64,000 bases of DNA from an uncultured Bacteroidota bacterium (GTDB lineage Bacteria; Bacteroidota; Ignavibacteria; Kryptoniales; JAKASW01). The translations under genes and the position numbers were made by a program. Shown here piece by piece: positions 9,412-19,862 of this stretch (positions within the stretch are counted from its first letter, which is position 1; each line of letters starts with the position of its first letter). Location of the stretch: positions 910,404 through 974,403 of the forward strand of contig OY969800.1 in assembly GCA_963703215.1 (NCBI GenBank), in the 5' to 3' direction. Below the pieces are notes generated by a model. That model was not told the origin of the DNA. It did not search any database and worked only from the letters and a program-made list of their open reading frames with translations.

Positions 9412-9940
9412 TTTTCCTCCTGAACCTGCGGACCTTTTCTCTTGGAAGAGTTGTCGGCGTGATCTTTCGGCTTAGTTCCGTAAACAATTCCATCATCCCC
9501 TGTTCATCATAAAAATGAACCGGGTTGATGCGAACGGCCCTCAAGTGATTTTTGAGTTTCAACTTTATTACGCGATAACTTCCGCGCACTTTCATCCGCT
9601 TCGGCCTGCCGACCTGGATCCATTCGATCTCGGAAATATTGATTGCACGACTATCAAACCTGTTTTGCAGAATGATCGATTCGTCGGTGACCACGACATC
9701 TCTCTGGAAAAGCATGTTCAAGACGAGAACTGCAACGGAGTAAATCAGCACGACGATGAAAGCGTACACAATCGGATCTCTGAAGACCAGCTTGAATTCG
9801 CTCTCGACAAATGTTCCCCTTATTACGGCATAAAGGATCAGCGCGACAGCATAAACAGCCACGGACTGGTAATAAAACTCGAATCTTCGTTTGAAATTCT
9901 TACGCATCGACTTTTCCACCCGCGGGAATCGGCTCCGCAA
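9404..9940 (-). CDS. hypothetical membrane protein (2 TM + ~95-aa soluble domain) inserted between murG and murC
   Basis: Two hydrophobic helices (VAVYAVALILYAVI, VYAFIVVLIYSVAVLVLNML) are followed by a beta-rich segment whose topology is reminiscent of bPH/YdbS-type proteins. It overlaps the murG stop and the murC start. The start may be M12 (9907). Confidence 0.55.
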   Translation of the reverse strand: MRSRFPRVEKSMRKNFKRRFEFYYQSVAVYAVALILYAVIRGTFVESEFKLVFRDPIVYAFIVVLIYSVAVLVLNMLFQRDVVVTDESIILQNRFDSRAINISEIEWIQVGRPKRMKVRGSYRVIKLKLKNHLRAVRINPVHFYDEQGMMELFTELSRKITPTTLPREKVRRFRRKNV

Positions 9941-11014
9941 TTTTCAAAACTGATTTCGCTATGACGCCCGCCGCATCCTGATGCTGCAAGCCTTTCATCT
10001 TCTCTCGCATCATCTCAAGCCTTTCCGGTTTGTCGAGAAGACTCAAAAATTCTTTTTCAAAACTTTCTTTTGGTTCGGATTCCAAAACCATTACCGCCGC
10101 ACCGGATTCGACAAGGGCGCGTGCGTTCTCGACTTGATGATTTGCCGCGGCATAAGGATAAGGAATGATAAGAGCCGGAAGATTGAAGTAGATAAGCTCA
10201 GCAACTGTCGTGGCACCGCCTCTACAAACGGCAAAATCTGCCGCAGAGTATGCAGCCTCCATTCGATCGATGAATTCTGCGATTTTGATATTCTGTGACT
10301 TGCCCTTGAGGCTTTCTTTTACCCGCTCATAATCTATAGAGCCCGTCTGCCAAACCATCTGATAATTTAGGTTTATCAGGTTATCGACAACTTCAAGCAC
10401 CGCGCTGTTAAGTTTCATTGCTCCAAGGCTTCCACCGGTAATAAAAAGCGTTTTCCGTGTCGGTTCTAATCCAAAAAACTTCAAAGCTTCCCTCCGATCT
10501 ACTTTCTGCATTTTTCTAACCGGACTTCCTGTCACGAGAAGATTGGAGTTCTTTCGGAAATATTTCTTCGACGAATTAAATGCTAAATGAACTTCTCGCG
10601 CGAACGGTGCAAACATTCTCGTCATCACGCCGGGATAGCTGTTGTGCTCCTGTAGGACGATCGGCGTTCGTGTCATGACTGCTGCCGCGCAAACCGGCCC
10701 GGAGACATATCCCCCGTTCCGACAACTACCTGCGGTTTGAATCCCACCAACAGTTTCAATGACTGGAAAACCGAAACGACAATTTTCAATGGAAGCATGA
10801 AATTCGATAACCTGAATTTCCTGGAGAATCCTCCGATCCATATCGACCGGAACTTATACCCTAACTGCGGCACGATGCGACCTTCAATTTTATTTTTAGT
10901 ACCGACAAACACTAAATCGACACTTTCCATTTCAATGAGTTTTTCGGCGATCGCAACCGCCGGGAAAAGGTGCCCGCCAGTCCCGCCTCCTGCAAATACA
11001 ACTCGAGTCGTCAA
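9900..11014 (-). CDS. murG: UDP-GlcNAc:lipid I GlcNAc transferase MurG, interrupted by an apparent 1-nt frame change
   Basis: N-terminal GGGTGGHLFPA in ORF 10673..11014. The remainder (GGYVSGPV...EHNSYPG...GGSLGA...) is in ORF 9900..10841. The junction VVVGTG|GYVSGP falls on the C5 run 10710-10714. Confidence 0.9.
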
Positions 11015-12183
11015 CTATAAACCCTCCCGACAACAGGGTCGTCGCTTCTCGTTTTGATCCTTTTTGTCTTCTTCACGTCAGCAGAAGAAATCTCATCGGC
11101 TGTCGGTTCGGGAATCTGTTTGGAAATATTTAGAATAATTCCCACAGCCGCTGAATTTACAATCATTGCTGTACCACCATAACTTACGAACGGCATCGGA
11201 AGCCCGGTTGTCGGAAATAATCCGATTGCAACGCCCGCGTTGGCGAAAGCATAGACACAAATTCCTGCCGTTATGCCGGTAGCAAGTAAAGAACCAAACC
11301 TATCCGGTGCAAGCTTTGCAATTGCCGTTCCACGAAACGCAATAAACAGGAAAACCACCAAGACTAGGACCGATCCCCACAAACCATATTCTTCTCCGAT
11401 TACGGAGTAAATGAAATCGCCGTACGATTCCGGTAGAAACAAATTTCTCTGCCGACTGTTGCCAGGTCCGACTCCGATGACTCCGCCATTGCCGAAGCCA
11501 ATTATTGATTGCTGGACCTGATAATTCCCTGATCCATGATTCATCCAAGCTTCAACGCGCGCAACGCGATAAGGCTCGAACACTAAAACTCCGGCGGCGA
11601 TTACAACAATTGCGGTCACTAAAACAGCAAGATGCAATTTTCGAACGCCGCCAGCGACCAACAGCAATCCAACGACTGCAAAGATCATCAAAGCCGTGGT
11701 GAAATTCGGCTGCAGAATGATCAATCCGGCAATGATGGCCGACCACAAGAGTGGTTTGAACAGATTTCTATATTCCTTGAGTTTGTCCGCATTCTCGGAC
11801 AAATAAGCGGCAACGAAAAATAAAATGGCTATGCGGGCAATTTCCGAAGGTTCGAAGCTGAAAAAACCAAGATGAATCCAGCGTGCTGCACCTTTTATTA
11901 TCACTCTCTGACCGAGTGCGACAACGAGGAGAAATCCTGAAATTATCAGAATGTGAAAGGCATATTTTTCATAATTGTGGTAATCGAACTTTGCAACGAC
12001 AAATATCAGGATCGCTCCCACCAAAACTTTGAAGAGATGACTCTTCAGTAGGTATGCCGGGTTCTGGAATTTCAATTCCGACCAGAATGCGCTCGCACTA
12101 TACACGACGACGAGACTCATGAACATTATCGAGAGCACCGCAAAAAGAAACCATTTATCTGCCGGCCTGGATTGTCTGCTCAC
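11011..12183 (-). CDS. ftsW: peptidoglycan glycosyltransferase / lipid II flippase-family protein FtsW
   Basis: SEDS-family polytopic membrane protein (...PTTGLPMPFVSYGGT...) in the canonical murD-ftsW-murG position. Confidence 0.93.
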   Translation of the reverse strand: MSRQSRPADKWFLFAVLSIMFMSLVVVYSASAFWSELKFQNPAYLLKSHLFKVLVGAILIFVVAKFDYHNYEKYAFHILIISGFLLVVALGQRVIIKGAARWIHLGFFSFEPSEIARIAILFFVAAYLSENADKLKEYRNLFKPLLWSAIIAGLIILQPNFTTALMIFAVVGLLLVAGGVRKLHLAVLVTAIVVIAAGVLVFEPYRVARVEAWMNHGSGNYQVQQSIIGFGNGGVIGVGPGNSRQRNLFLPESYGDFIYSVIGEEYGLWGSVLVLVVFLFIAFRGTAIAKLAPDRFGSLLATGITAGICVYAFANAGVAIGLFPTTGLPMPFVSYGGTAMIVNSAAVGIILNISKQIPEPTADEISSADVKKTKRIKTRSDDPVVGRVYS

Positions 12184-13535
12184 AGCTCCATCACCAGCCT
12201 TCTAAATTCGCGACCACGATGCTCATAGTCGTGGAACATATCGAAACTCGCACATGCCGGCGAAAGAAGCACGATGTATCCTGGTTTCGCTTCGTCGCGA
12301 GCCTTTGCGACAGCGTCTTCCATCGATGAGGCCATGATGCACTTGGTTTTGTCGGCAAATTCCTTCTGCATCTTCGGCGCAGCCTGGCCGATTAAAACCA
12401 TCGCTGGAACTTTCTTTCTCACAAGGTCGAAGAGAGGGGAATAATCATTCCCTTTGTCTTTGCCACCGGCGATCAGCACAATCGGCGAATCAAAGCTGCC
12501 GAGCGCGTACCAGACCGCATCGACATTAGTTGCCTTCGAGTCATTTATGTACTTCACACCATCAAGCTCGCGGACCGGTTCGAGACGATGTTCTACTCCG
12601 GGAAATTCGCGCAGAGTATCGGCAACTACATCGAACGAGATGCCGAGAGACCTTGCGGCAAGAGCTGACGCAATTGAGTTATAAAGATTATGAACGCCGC
12701 GAATTTTTATCTCTTGAGAATCTATGAGGAAATTCGCATTTCCATTTTCGACCAAGAATACTTTCCCGTTTTCGACAAACGCTCCAGCGGAGATCTTCCC
12801 CTTGACGCTGAAAGGCAGCCTCACTGTGTTCAAACCGCAGCAATATGTATTTACTGCGTCATCATCATAGTTGTAGATCGAAAAATCTTTCACGGTTTGA
12901 TTCATGAAGATTCTGAATTTGGAGTTCGCGTATGCCTCATAGCTCTCGTATCTATCGAGATGATCAGGGGTGATGTTGAGAAGCACCGCAACCTTGGGTC
13001 TAAAAGTATCAACATGATCCAGCTGGAAGCTCGACACTTCGACTACTGCCGCCGACTTTTCATCTACCTCGAGTACATAATCTGAAAATGGAAATCCGAT
13101 ATTGCCGGCGACAATTGTTTTCCAACCTGCCTTCTCGAATATTTTCCCAATCAACGTCGTGGTTGTCGTCTTTCCGTTAGACCCGGTGATTGCAACGATC
13201 GGCGCCCGGCAAAACCATGAGGCGACTTCGACTTCACTGTAAACACTCAAGCCAACCTTCAAGGCGTGTTTAATTAAGTTTGAGTTTGATGGCACACCGG
13301 GACTTGTCACGATGAAGTCGGCGTCGAAAATCCGGTCGGTGTGTGCACCAAATTCATATCCAATCCCAGCAGTCTCCAGAGTTTTGATTTCTTGTGCGGC
13401 ATCTTCCCTGGATTTATTGTCGCTTACGAATACAACTGCCCCCAGCGACTTCAGAAGTTTTGCCGCAGATAATCCGCTTCGTGCAGCGCCGAGGATAGAG
13501 ACTTTCGCCGATTCTATTTTATCCGGTCTTGCCAA
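12180..13535 (-). CDS. murD: UDP-N-acetylmuramoylalanine--D-glutamate ligase MurD
   Basis: GSNGKTTTTTL P-loop and Mur ligase middle/C-terminal domains, in dcw context. Confidence 0.95.
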   Translation of the reverse strand: MARPDKIESAKVSILGAARSGLSAAKLLKSLGAVVFVSDNKSREDAAQEIKTLETAGIGYEFGAHTDRIFDADFIVTSPGVPSNSNLIKHALKVGLSVYSEVEVASWFCRAPIVAITGSNGKTTTTTLIGKIFEKAGWKTIVAGNIGFPFSDYVLEVDEKSAAVVEVSSFQLDHVDTFRPKVAVLLNITPDHLDRYESYEAYANSKFRIFMNQTVKDFSIYNYDDDAVNTYCCGLNTVRLPFSVKGKISAGAFVENGKVFLVENGNANFLIDSQEIKIRGVHNLYNSIASALAARSLGISFDVVADTLREFPGVEHRLEPVRELDGVKYINDSKATNVDAVWYALGSFDSPIVLIAGGKDKGNDYSPLFDLVRKKVPAMVLIGQAAPKMQKEFADKTKCIMASSMEDAVAKARDEAKPGYIVLLSPACASFDMFHDYEHRGREFRRLVMEL

Positions 13536-13576
13536 TCGTACTACCTACTTTTTCCATTCATGCGCTGCAGGGCTCC

Positions 13577-14689
13577 TTATCTTACCTTAAATGTCGTCAG
13601 GCTAAGGATTGCCAATAAAATTCCTACGATATAAAAACGAGTGACAATCTTAGGTTCTGGTAAGCCATCGAGCTCGAAATGATGGTGCAGCGGCGCCATT
13701 CTAAAAATCCGGCGACCTTCACCGAATTTTCTCTTAGTGTACTTGAAATAGAGAACCTGCAATACCACGGACAACCCTTCTGCCAGGAAAATCCCCCCGA
13801 GAATCGGAAGCACCAATTCCTTCTTGATCATTATTGAAACACCAGCGACTGCTCCACCAAGCGCGAGCGAGCCGGTATCTCCCATGAAGACCTGTGCAGG
13901 GTAAGCATTGTACCACAAAAAACCGAGAGCTGCGCCGACAAGAGCGGCGCAATAAACCGTAAGTTCGCCTGTACCACGAAGATAAATTATGTTCAGGTAG
14001 CGGCTGAAGTCAAAATTGCCCGAGACGTAGCTCATGATCGCAAGAGTCAAAGCCGTTATGCCGATCGTGCCTACCGCAAGTCCATCGAGACCATCGGTGA
14101 GATTCACGAAGTTGGACGAAGCGGTGATCACGAAAATCACTACGGGGATATAAAGATAGGAATAATCAAAATTTAGATTTTTGAAGAATGGAACGGTTGT
14201 GACTGAATTAAAAGGATGAAACTGCGGAGAAAAATATAGCGCTGCGCCGACAATCAACCCAATTCCAAATTGCCCGATTAGTTTATATCGCGCGATGAGC
14301 CCCTTCCGCTTTTTCATTATGACTTTCAGGTAGTCATCGATAAATCCGAGCAGACCAAGCCAGACGGTGATCAGAAGAATCAGCTGGACATATGAATTCG
14401 CCAGATCGCCCCACAGTAAAAGTGGCACAACAACCGACCCGAGAATTATCAATCCACCCATGGTCGGTGTACCAGCTTTCGATAAGTGAGACGCGGGTCC
14501 CTCAACTTTTGCCTGCTCACCAATCTGGTTTTTGCGAAGCTGGCGGATGACAATTGGCCCGATTATAAAACTAATCAGCAGTGCCGTTATCGCCGCGAGT
14601 GCCGAACGAAACGTTATGTACCTGAAAACGCCGAAGCCATGAGGATGGAATTGTCTTTCAAGGAAATCAAATAATGAATAAAGCATCAA
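13577..14689 (-). CDS. mraY: phospho-N-acetylmuramoyl-pentapeptide transferase MraY
   Basis: PTMGG, NLTDGLDGLA and FMGDTGSLALGG motifs. Confidence 0.96.
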   Translation of the reverse strand: MMLYSLFDFLERQFHPHGFGVFRYITFRSALAAITALLISFIIGPIVIRQLRKNQIGEQAKVEGPASHLSKAGTPTMGGLIILGSVVVPLLLWGDLANSYVQLILLITVWLGLLGFIDDYLKVIMKKRKGLIARYKLIGQFGIGLIVGAALYFSPQFHPFNSVTTVPFFKNLNFDYSYLYIPVVIFVITASSNFVNLTDGLDGLAVGTIGITALTLAIMSYVSGNFDFSRYLNIIYLRGTGELTVYCAALVGAALGFLWYNAYPAQVFMGDTGSLALGGAVAGVSIMIKKELVLPILGGIFLAEGLSVVLQVLYFKYTKRKFGEGRRIFRMAPLHHHFELDGLPEPKIVTRFYIVGILLAILSLTTFKVR

Positions 14690-16113
14690 CGATATCCTTT
14701 ATTTTGCAGGTTTCTTGTCAAGGCATTTACAACTTCTTCCATCTTCATTCCGCGCGAGCCTTTCACGAGCACCGCGTCGCCAGGCGATATGATTTGTAAA
14801 ACTTTCTCAGATAACTTCTCCTTATTATCGAATGATTCTGTTTTCAATTTCCTTTTTGTCTTCCGCTCCGAGTTGGCAGCTGCCGCATCAGCGATTCCTT
14901 TTGCGAGCTTTCCAAATGTGAAAAGACAATCCACGTTTGTCCTAGCGATTTCTTTACCGACTCTTTGATGTTCACGCTTTGACGATTCGCCAAGCTCAAG
15001 CATATCAGCGAGCACTGCGACTCTTTTCCCCTTTGCGCGAACGACCGACAGCCAACGGATCGCTGCAACCGCAGACTCCGGATTTGAGTTGTAAGTATCA
15101 TTCAGAATTTTCACACCGCCAGCTTCAACGAGCTGCATTCGTTTTTCGTAGGCTCTGTAATTCTCCAGCGCCTTTTTTATTTCCACCGGATTCATTCCAT
15201 AATGATATCCAATGGCTGCCGCGGCAAGAGCGTTCATAGCGTTATGAATGCCGGGGACTTTCAAATGTACCAACTCGGTTTTCCCCCTGTACTTCATTTC
15301 AAAGAGTGCGCAACCTCTTTTGTCCATACCGAAAAATCTGCCCGCGAGATTTTGCCGCACTGTATTCCCGAGTTGGAACCCGTAACCGAATTTGTTTCGC
15401 GGAAATCTTCCTGCGTTGACAATGTTCTTGTCGTCGGCATTTACGAAGGCCACGCCTTCAGACAATGTCAGGAAATTAAAAAGCTCTGATTCTTCTTTCT
15501 TTACGCCGGCGAGATTTTTGAAAAATTCGAGATGCTCCGCACCAATGTTGGTGATAAGTCCGGCATCTGGTTCGAGTATTTCGCACAATCTTTTTATTTC
15601 GCCAAAGTGGTTGGTGCCGATCTCGACAATGGCGGCTTCATGATATCTTCTGAATCCGAAAATCGTAAGCGGGACACCAATTTGATTATTATGATTGCCC
15701 GAAGTTTTCACGACTTTCATTTCCCGTCCAAGGACCTTGGCAGCCATTTCTTTTGTCGTGGTCTTGCCGTTCGAGCCTCCAATTGCAATTACAGGCATTG
15801 CAAATTTTTTGCGGCATATTCTCGCAAGATCACCGAAAGCGCGAGTCGTATCGTCAACAATTACAAGCGGGGATTTTGCTACATCCTCTTTTCTTCTCTT
15901 GTACCACTTTCTGTCCACGACCGCGCAAGCCGCCTTCTTTTCAAGTACATTCTCGACAAAGTCGTGTCCATCGAATTTCTCACCTCGAAGTGCGAAGAAA
16001 ATTTCACCGGCAGAAACCGTGCGCGAATCGGTGGAGACCGATTTTGCCGAATTGAACCTCAAATCATGTAATTCGGCGCCGGGAATGCTTTTTATATCCT
16101 GCATGGTGATCAA
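14686..16113 (-). CDS. murF: UDP-N-acetylmuramoyl-tripeptide--D-alanyl-D-alanine ligase MurF
   Basis: DSRTVSAGEIFFALRGEKFDGHDF and GSNGKTTTKEM motifs, in dcw context. Confidence 0.93.
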   Translation of the reverse strand: MITMQDIKSIPGAELHDLRFNSAKSVSTDSRTVSAGEIFFALRGEKFDGHDFVENVLEKKAACAVVDRKWYKRRKEDVAKSPLVIVDDTTRAFGDLARICRKKFAMPVIAIGGSNGKTTTKEMAAKVLGREMKVVKTSGNHNNQIGVPLTIFGFRRYHEAAIVEIGTNHFGEIKRLCEILEPDAGLITNIGAEHLEFFKNLAGVKKEESELFNFLTLSEGVAFVNADDKNIVNAGRFPRNKFGYGFQLGNTVRQNLAGRFFGMDKRGCALFEMKYRGKTELVHLKVPGIHNAMNALAAAAIGYHYGMNPVEIKKALENYRAYEKRMQLVEAGGVKILNDTYNSNPESAVAAIRWLSVVRAKGKRVAVLADMLELGESSKREHQRVGKEIARTNVDCLFTFGKLAKGIADAAAANSERKTKRKLKTESFDNKEKLSEKVLQIISPGDAVLVKGSRGMKMEEVVNALTRNLQNKGYR

Positions 16114-17628
16114 CTTTTCTCCCCGACAGAATTCCCGGATAGTCCAAGCACTTCTTCGACTTCTTCGCGGTCATCGAAATGATGCTTAACTCCTTTTACG
16201 TCCTGATAGTTTTCGTGCCCCTTACCCGCAAGAACCACAATGTCGTCGGTACGCGATAGACTCATGGCCTTTTTAATCGCCTCGCTCCTATCAACAATTT
16301 TCAACACACTCTCGTCGTGCGGTTTGATTCCGGCAAATATTTCGTCGATGATGGATTCAGGCTCCTCGAATCGCGGATTGTCAGAAGTTACGATTGTTAT
16401 GTCGCTCAAGTCCTCTGCGATTTTTCCCATCTTCGGCCTTTTGGTCCGGTCGCGATTTCCACCACAGCCGAAGACCGCGATTAACCTTCCACCTTTTCCT
16501 TCCGATGTCAAAATCTCTTTTGCCGACTGCAATGTTTTCTGGAGAGAGTCCGGACTGTGTGCGTAATCGACGACGACCATGAAACCTCTGCCAGAATCGA
16601 TGCGCTCGAATCTACCTTTTACGCTCGGCACTCTTGACAAAGCTTCCGCAGCAAGATGCGGGTCACATCCCATCGACGCCACGACCGCAAATGCGCCGGC
16701 TGAGATTATAAGCATTGAACTTGCCAACCAGCATGGACTTGATTTCAAATTCTTCGGCCAGATGTTTTATCGTAATCTCTGTGCCGCCGATTCCAAACGA
16801 AAACTTGACGATCTGAAAATCTGCTTGAGAAGCAAAGCCGTAACTCACTTTTCGTGCTGGCGTACTTGAAATAATTCTTTGACAATACTCATCATCTACG
16901 TTCACAACGGCGAGACTATCTTCCGCCAACCCATCGAATAAGATTTTCTTCGCTTTGAGATATTCTTCCATGGTCTGATGGAAATCGAGATGATCCTGAG
17001 TAAGATTCGTGAAGAGAGCAGCTCTGAATGGAATTCCGAAAACCCGGTCCATCACGAGCGAATGCGAAGAGACCTCCATGACGGCAAACGTTGCTTTCTT
17101 TGCCGCGGCGATTGACATCATTCGGTTTAACTCGAAAGATTCCGGAGTAGTGTTAGTCGCTGACTCGAGCGTTTCGCCATTAAGCATGTACTTAATTGTT
17201 CCTACGAGGAGGACCTTTTCGCCTGCGGATCGAAGCACCCAATCAATCAAATATGTACTTGTTGTCTTCCCATTTGTCCCGGTTACACCAATCACTTTTA
17301 ATTTCTTCCCGGGCCAGCCGAAAAAGTTTGAGGAGATGAGCGCTAGAGCGCGGCGGGTGTTTGGGACATGTAGTTTTGTGGTGTGGTGAGAGAGGAAGTA
17401 TTCGTCATTAACGATACTATTGTCCTCGACCGCAACCGCGCTGGCGCCACTTCCTACAGCATCAACTATGAAACGATGGCCGTCAAACTGCGCACCTTTC
17501 ATCGCAATGAACAGCGAACCGTCTTTCGCTTTCCTTGAGTCATAAACGACGTCGGTAATTTCTTTATCGACGCCGCCGACTATTTCATTGACCGGAACAT
17601 TCCTTATCAGCTCGCTAAGCTTCATCAA
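16110..17628 (-). CDS. murE: UDP-MurNAc-L-Ala-D-Glu--2,6-diaminopimelate (or Lys) ligase MurE, interrupted by an apparent 1-nt frame change
   Basis: N-terminal two-thirds (DSRKAKDGSLFIAMKG, GVTGTNGKTT) in ORF 16663..17628. The C-terminal domain (...VKGRFERI...VVDYAHSPDSL...GCGGNRD) is in ORF 16110..16748. Junction KFNAYNL|AGAFAVVASMG lies near 16701. Confidence 0.9.
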
Positions 17629-19862
17629 AAGATGCCCGACAAATTGATATTCTTGCTATCGCAATTGATTACAACAACAGAGTTCTTGTTTATCGGCGAG
17701 CCAGGATTGGGAGACTGGCTGATTATTTTTCCACTGCCATTGATGTGAAATTGGATTCCCGCCGACAAGAGAAAACTTGTGGCTTTTCTGACGCTCGCGC
17801 CGTGGAAGTCCGGCATCTTCTGAATTCTTCTCGCATCAATAAAGCTTAAAATGACTTCGGCTCCTTTTTGCACCATGGCCCCCGCATCAGGCTTTTCCGA
17901 CCACACAATGTAGTCATCGCTAATTCCCTTGCTTGAAGTTGCGAGTCCGCAATTTTCTAAGATCACTTCTGCGGACGTGCGGTCCAGAAACGAAACATCA
18001 GGAACTCTGACCATATCTGAGTAATCAGCCAAAGCAGATTTGTTTTCTCCGGAATTGTTCGGGAAATCTGCTTTACTGCCTTTCTGGCTGCTCTGAATTC
18101 CCGAAGAAACATTTGACGTTGCCATCACGTCATTTTTCGAGAATTCCGTGGTTCTCCTTTGCATAATCCCATAGATTCGAGAAGCAATGTTCTTGAAGAT
18201 CGGCGCTGCCGCACTTCCTCCAGTATAACCATTCATCGGGGAGTCAATCATTATGAATCCAACGATTACCGGATTCGGGACCGGGAAAAATCCTGCGAAC
18301 GAGGCATGATAGAATTTCTTCGAGTATTTCCCGTCAATTAGTTTTTGTGCTGTACCAGTTTTGCCCGCCATCAAGAGATCATTGATTTTCGCGGGCGCTC
18401 CTGTACCATGCTCGACCACATCCACAAACATTCCCGTTAGAGTCTGGGCAACTTGGGGGCTCAAGACACGTCTGATTTGAACAGGCGAATTTTGAAAAAG
18501 GACATTGCCCTTTGAATCTGTGACTTTGCTGACAACATATGGCCTCATCAGAATCCCGCCGTTGGCGATCGCCGCGTACGCCGTCGCCATTTGAATGGAA
18601 GTGACCATCACCTCGTAACCAAACGACATAAAGGGCTCAGATACTTTCGACCATTCGTAAGGTTTCTCCAAGTCTCCCGATACCTCGCCGGGGAGTTCTA
18701 TCCCCGTTGGTGCACCGAAACCAAAATCTCTTGCGTATCTGTAAAATTTGTCCGGTGGAATTTTCATCCCAATTTTTGAAAATGCTATGTTGCTCGATAA
18801 TTCCAGCGCCTTTCTGAACGAAACCCATCCTGCGTGTTCAAAGTCTTCAATCGTCCTTCCATACAAAACGTATCTGCCCTTCTCGGCAAAAATCATATCG
18901 CCGGGTTTTTCAATTCCCTCTTCAAGCGCCGCAGTTGCGGTGACAATCTTGAAAGTGGAACCTGGCTCAAATACATCAGCGATAGCTCGGTTTCTTGAAT
19001 CGTCAAAGGAATATTTTGTATAATCGGTCGGATCAAATTGCGGGTAATTGGCAACTGCTAGTATCTCACCAGTGTTAGGATTCATAAAGACGGCAGTCCC
19101 AGCGGCGCCTTTCGCCCTTTCCACACCCGCGGCAAGCTCCTCGTCGACGATCTGTTGGATATTCATGTCGATGGTCAATTGGACATTACATCCGGGGACT
19201 GGATCGACTCGAGGATAATCGACCGCCGGCATTTTCCTCCCGATTCCATCGCGTTGCATAATCTCATTGCCATCTTTGCCGGCAAGAAGCGAATCAAACT
19301 CAAGCTCGATTCCGCTCGCACCCTTTCCATCAACATTTGTGTAACCAAGAACCTGTCCAGCGGTGGATCCATACGGATAAAGCCTCTGTTGGTCCTGAAG
19401 CCTGATCAAACCATACAAGCTAAACCCTTGAAGAGCAGCTGCTTCTTGAGGATCAAGGTCACGGTCAAGCCAGACAAATTTGGATTTCGAGTTCATCTTT
19501 TTGAGAAAGAACTCAGCTGGTTTATTGAAGACCGATGCAAATTTCGTGGCAATTCTTCCTTTGTCAACGGAATCAAGAAGCTGTGGATCAACCGCGTAGG
19601 AGTAACCATAGTTGTTGGAAATAACGAGACTGCCGTTCCTGTCAAAGACCACTCCGCGATCTGCAAGTAAAGGGACTTCGCTTTCGTACTGCTTTTGTGC
19701 TACCTGGTGATAGTAGAATTCCTTGACGCCCTGAACGATTGCCAGCTTTACGGTGACAGCCGCAAAGAGCAATCCAAACACAATGCGAATAAAATCCACT
19801 CGGCCGTTGTAGTTGACGGGTTTATTTGGTCGTGTCTCTCGCATCTCTCTGTTCAGCATCAT
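17625..19862 (-). CDS. ftsI: penicillin-binding transpeptidase FtsI/PBP with two C-terminal PASTA domains
   Basis: N-terminal TM, dimerisation domain, transpeptidase motifs (STFK in EPGSTFKIV, SSN, KTGT), then two PASTA-like repeats (VPDVSF...ILSF; MPDFHG...VINC). The start is probably MMLNRE/MRETR (19862-19844) rather than 19922. Confidence 0.9.
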   Translation of the reverse strand: MMLNREMRETRPNKPVNYNGRVDFIRIVFGLLFAAVTVKLAIVQGVKEFYYHQVAQKQYESEVPLLADRGVVFDRNGSLVISNNYGYSYAVDPQLLDSVDKGRIATKFASVFNKPAEFFLKKMNSKSKFVWLDRDLDPQEAAALQGFSLYGLIRLQDQQRLYPYGSTAGQVLGYTNVDGKGASGIELEFDSLLAGKDGNEIMQRDGIGRKMPAVDYPRVDPVPGCNVQLTIDMNIQQIVDEELAAGVERAKGAAGTAVFMNPNTGEILAVANYPQFDPTDYTKYSFDDSRNRAIADVFEPGSTFKIVTATAALEEGIEKPGDMIFAEKGRYVLYGRTIEDFEHAGWVSFRKALELSSNIAFSKIGMKIPPDKFYRYARDFGFGAPTGIELPGEVSGDLEKPYEWSKVSEPFMSFGYEVMVTSIQMATAYAAIANGGILMRPYVVSKVTDSKGNVLFQNSPVQIRRVLSPQVAQTLTGMFVDVVEHGTGAPAKINDLLMAGKTGTAQKLIDGKYSKKFYHASFAGFFPVPNPVIVGFIMIDSPMNGYTGGSAAAPIFKNIASRIYGIMQRRTTEFSKNDVMATSNVSSGIQSSQKGSKADFPNNSGENKSALADYSDMVRVPDVSFLDRTSAEVILENCGLATSSKGISDDYIVWSEKPDAGAMVQKGAEVILSFIDARRIQKMPDFHGASVRKATSFLLSAGIQFHINGSGKIISQSPNPGSPINKNSVVVINCDSKNINLSGIF

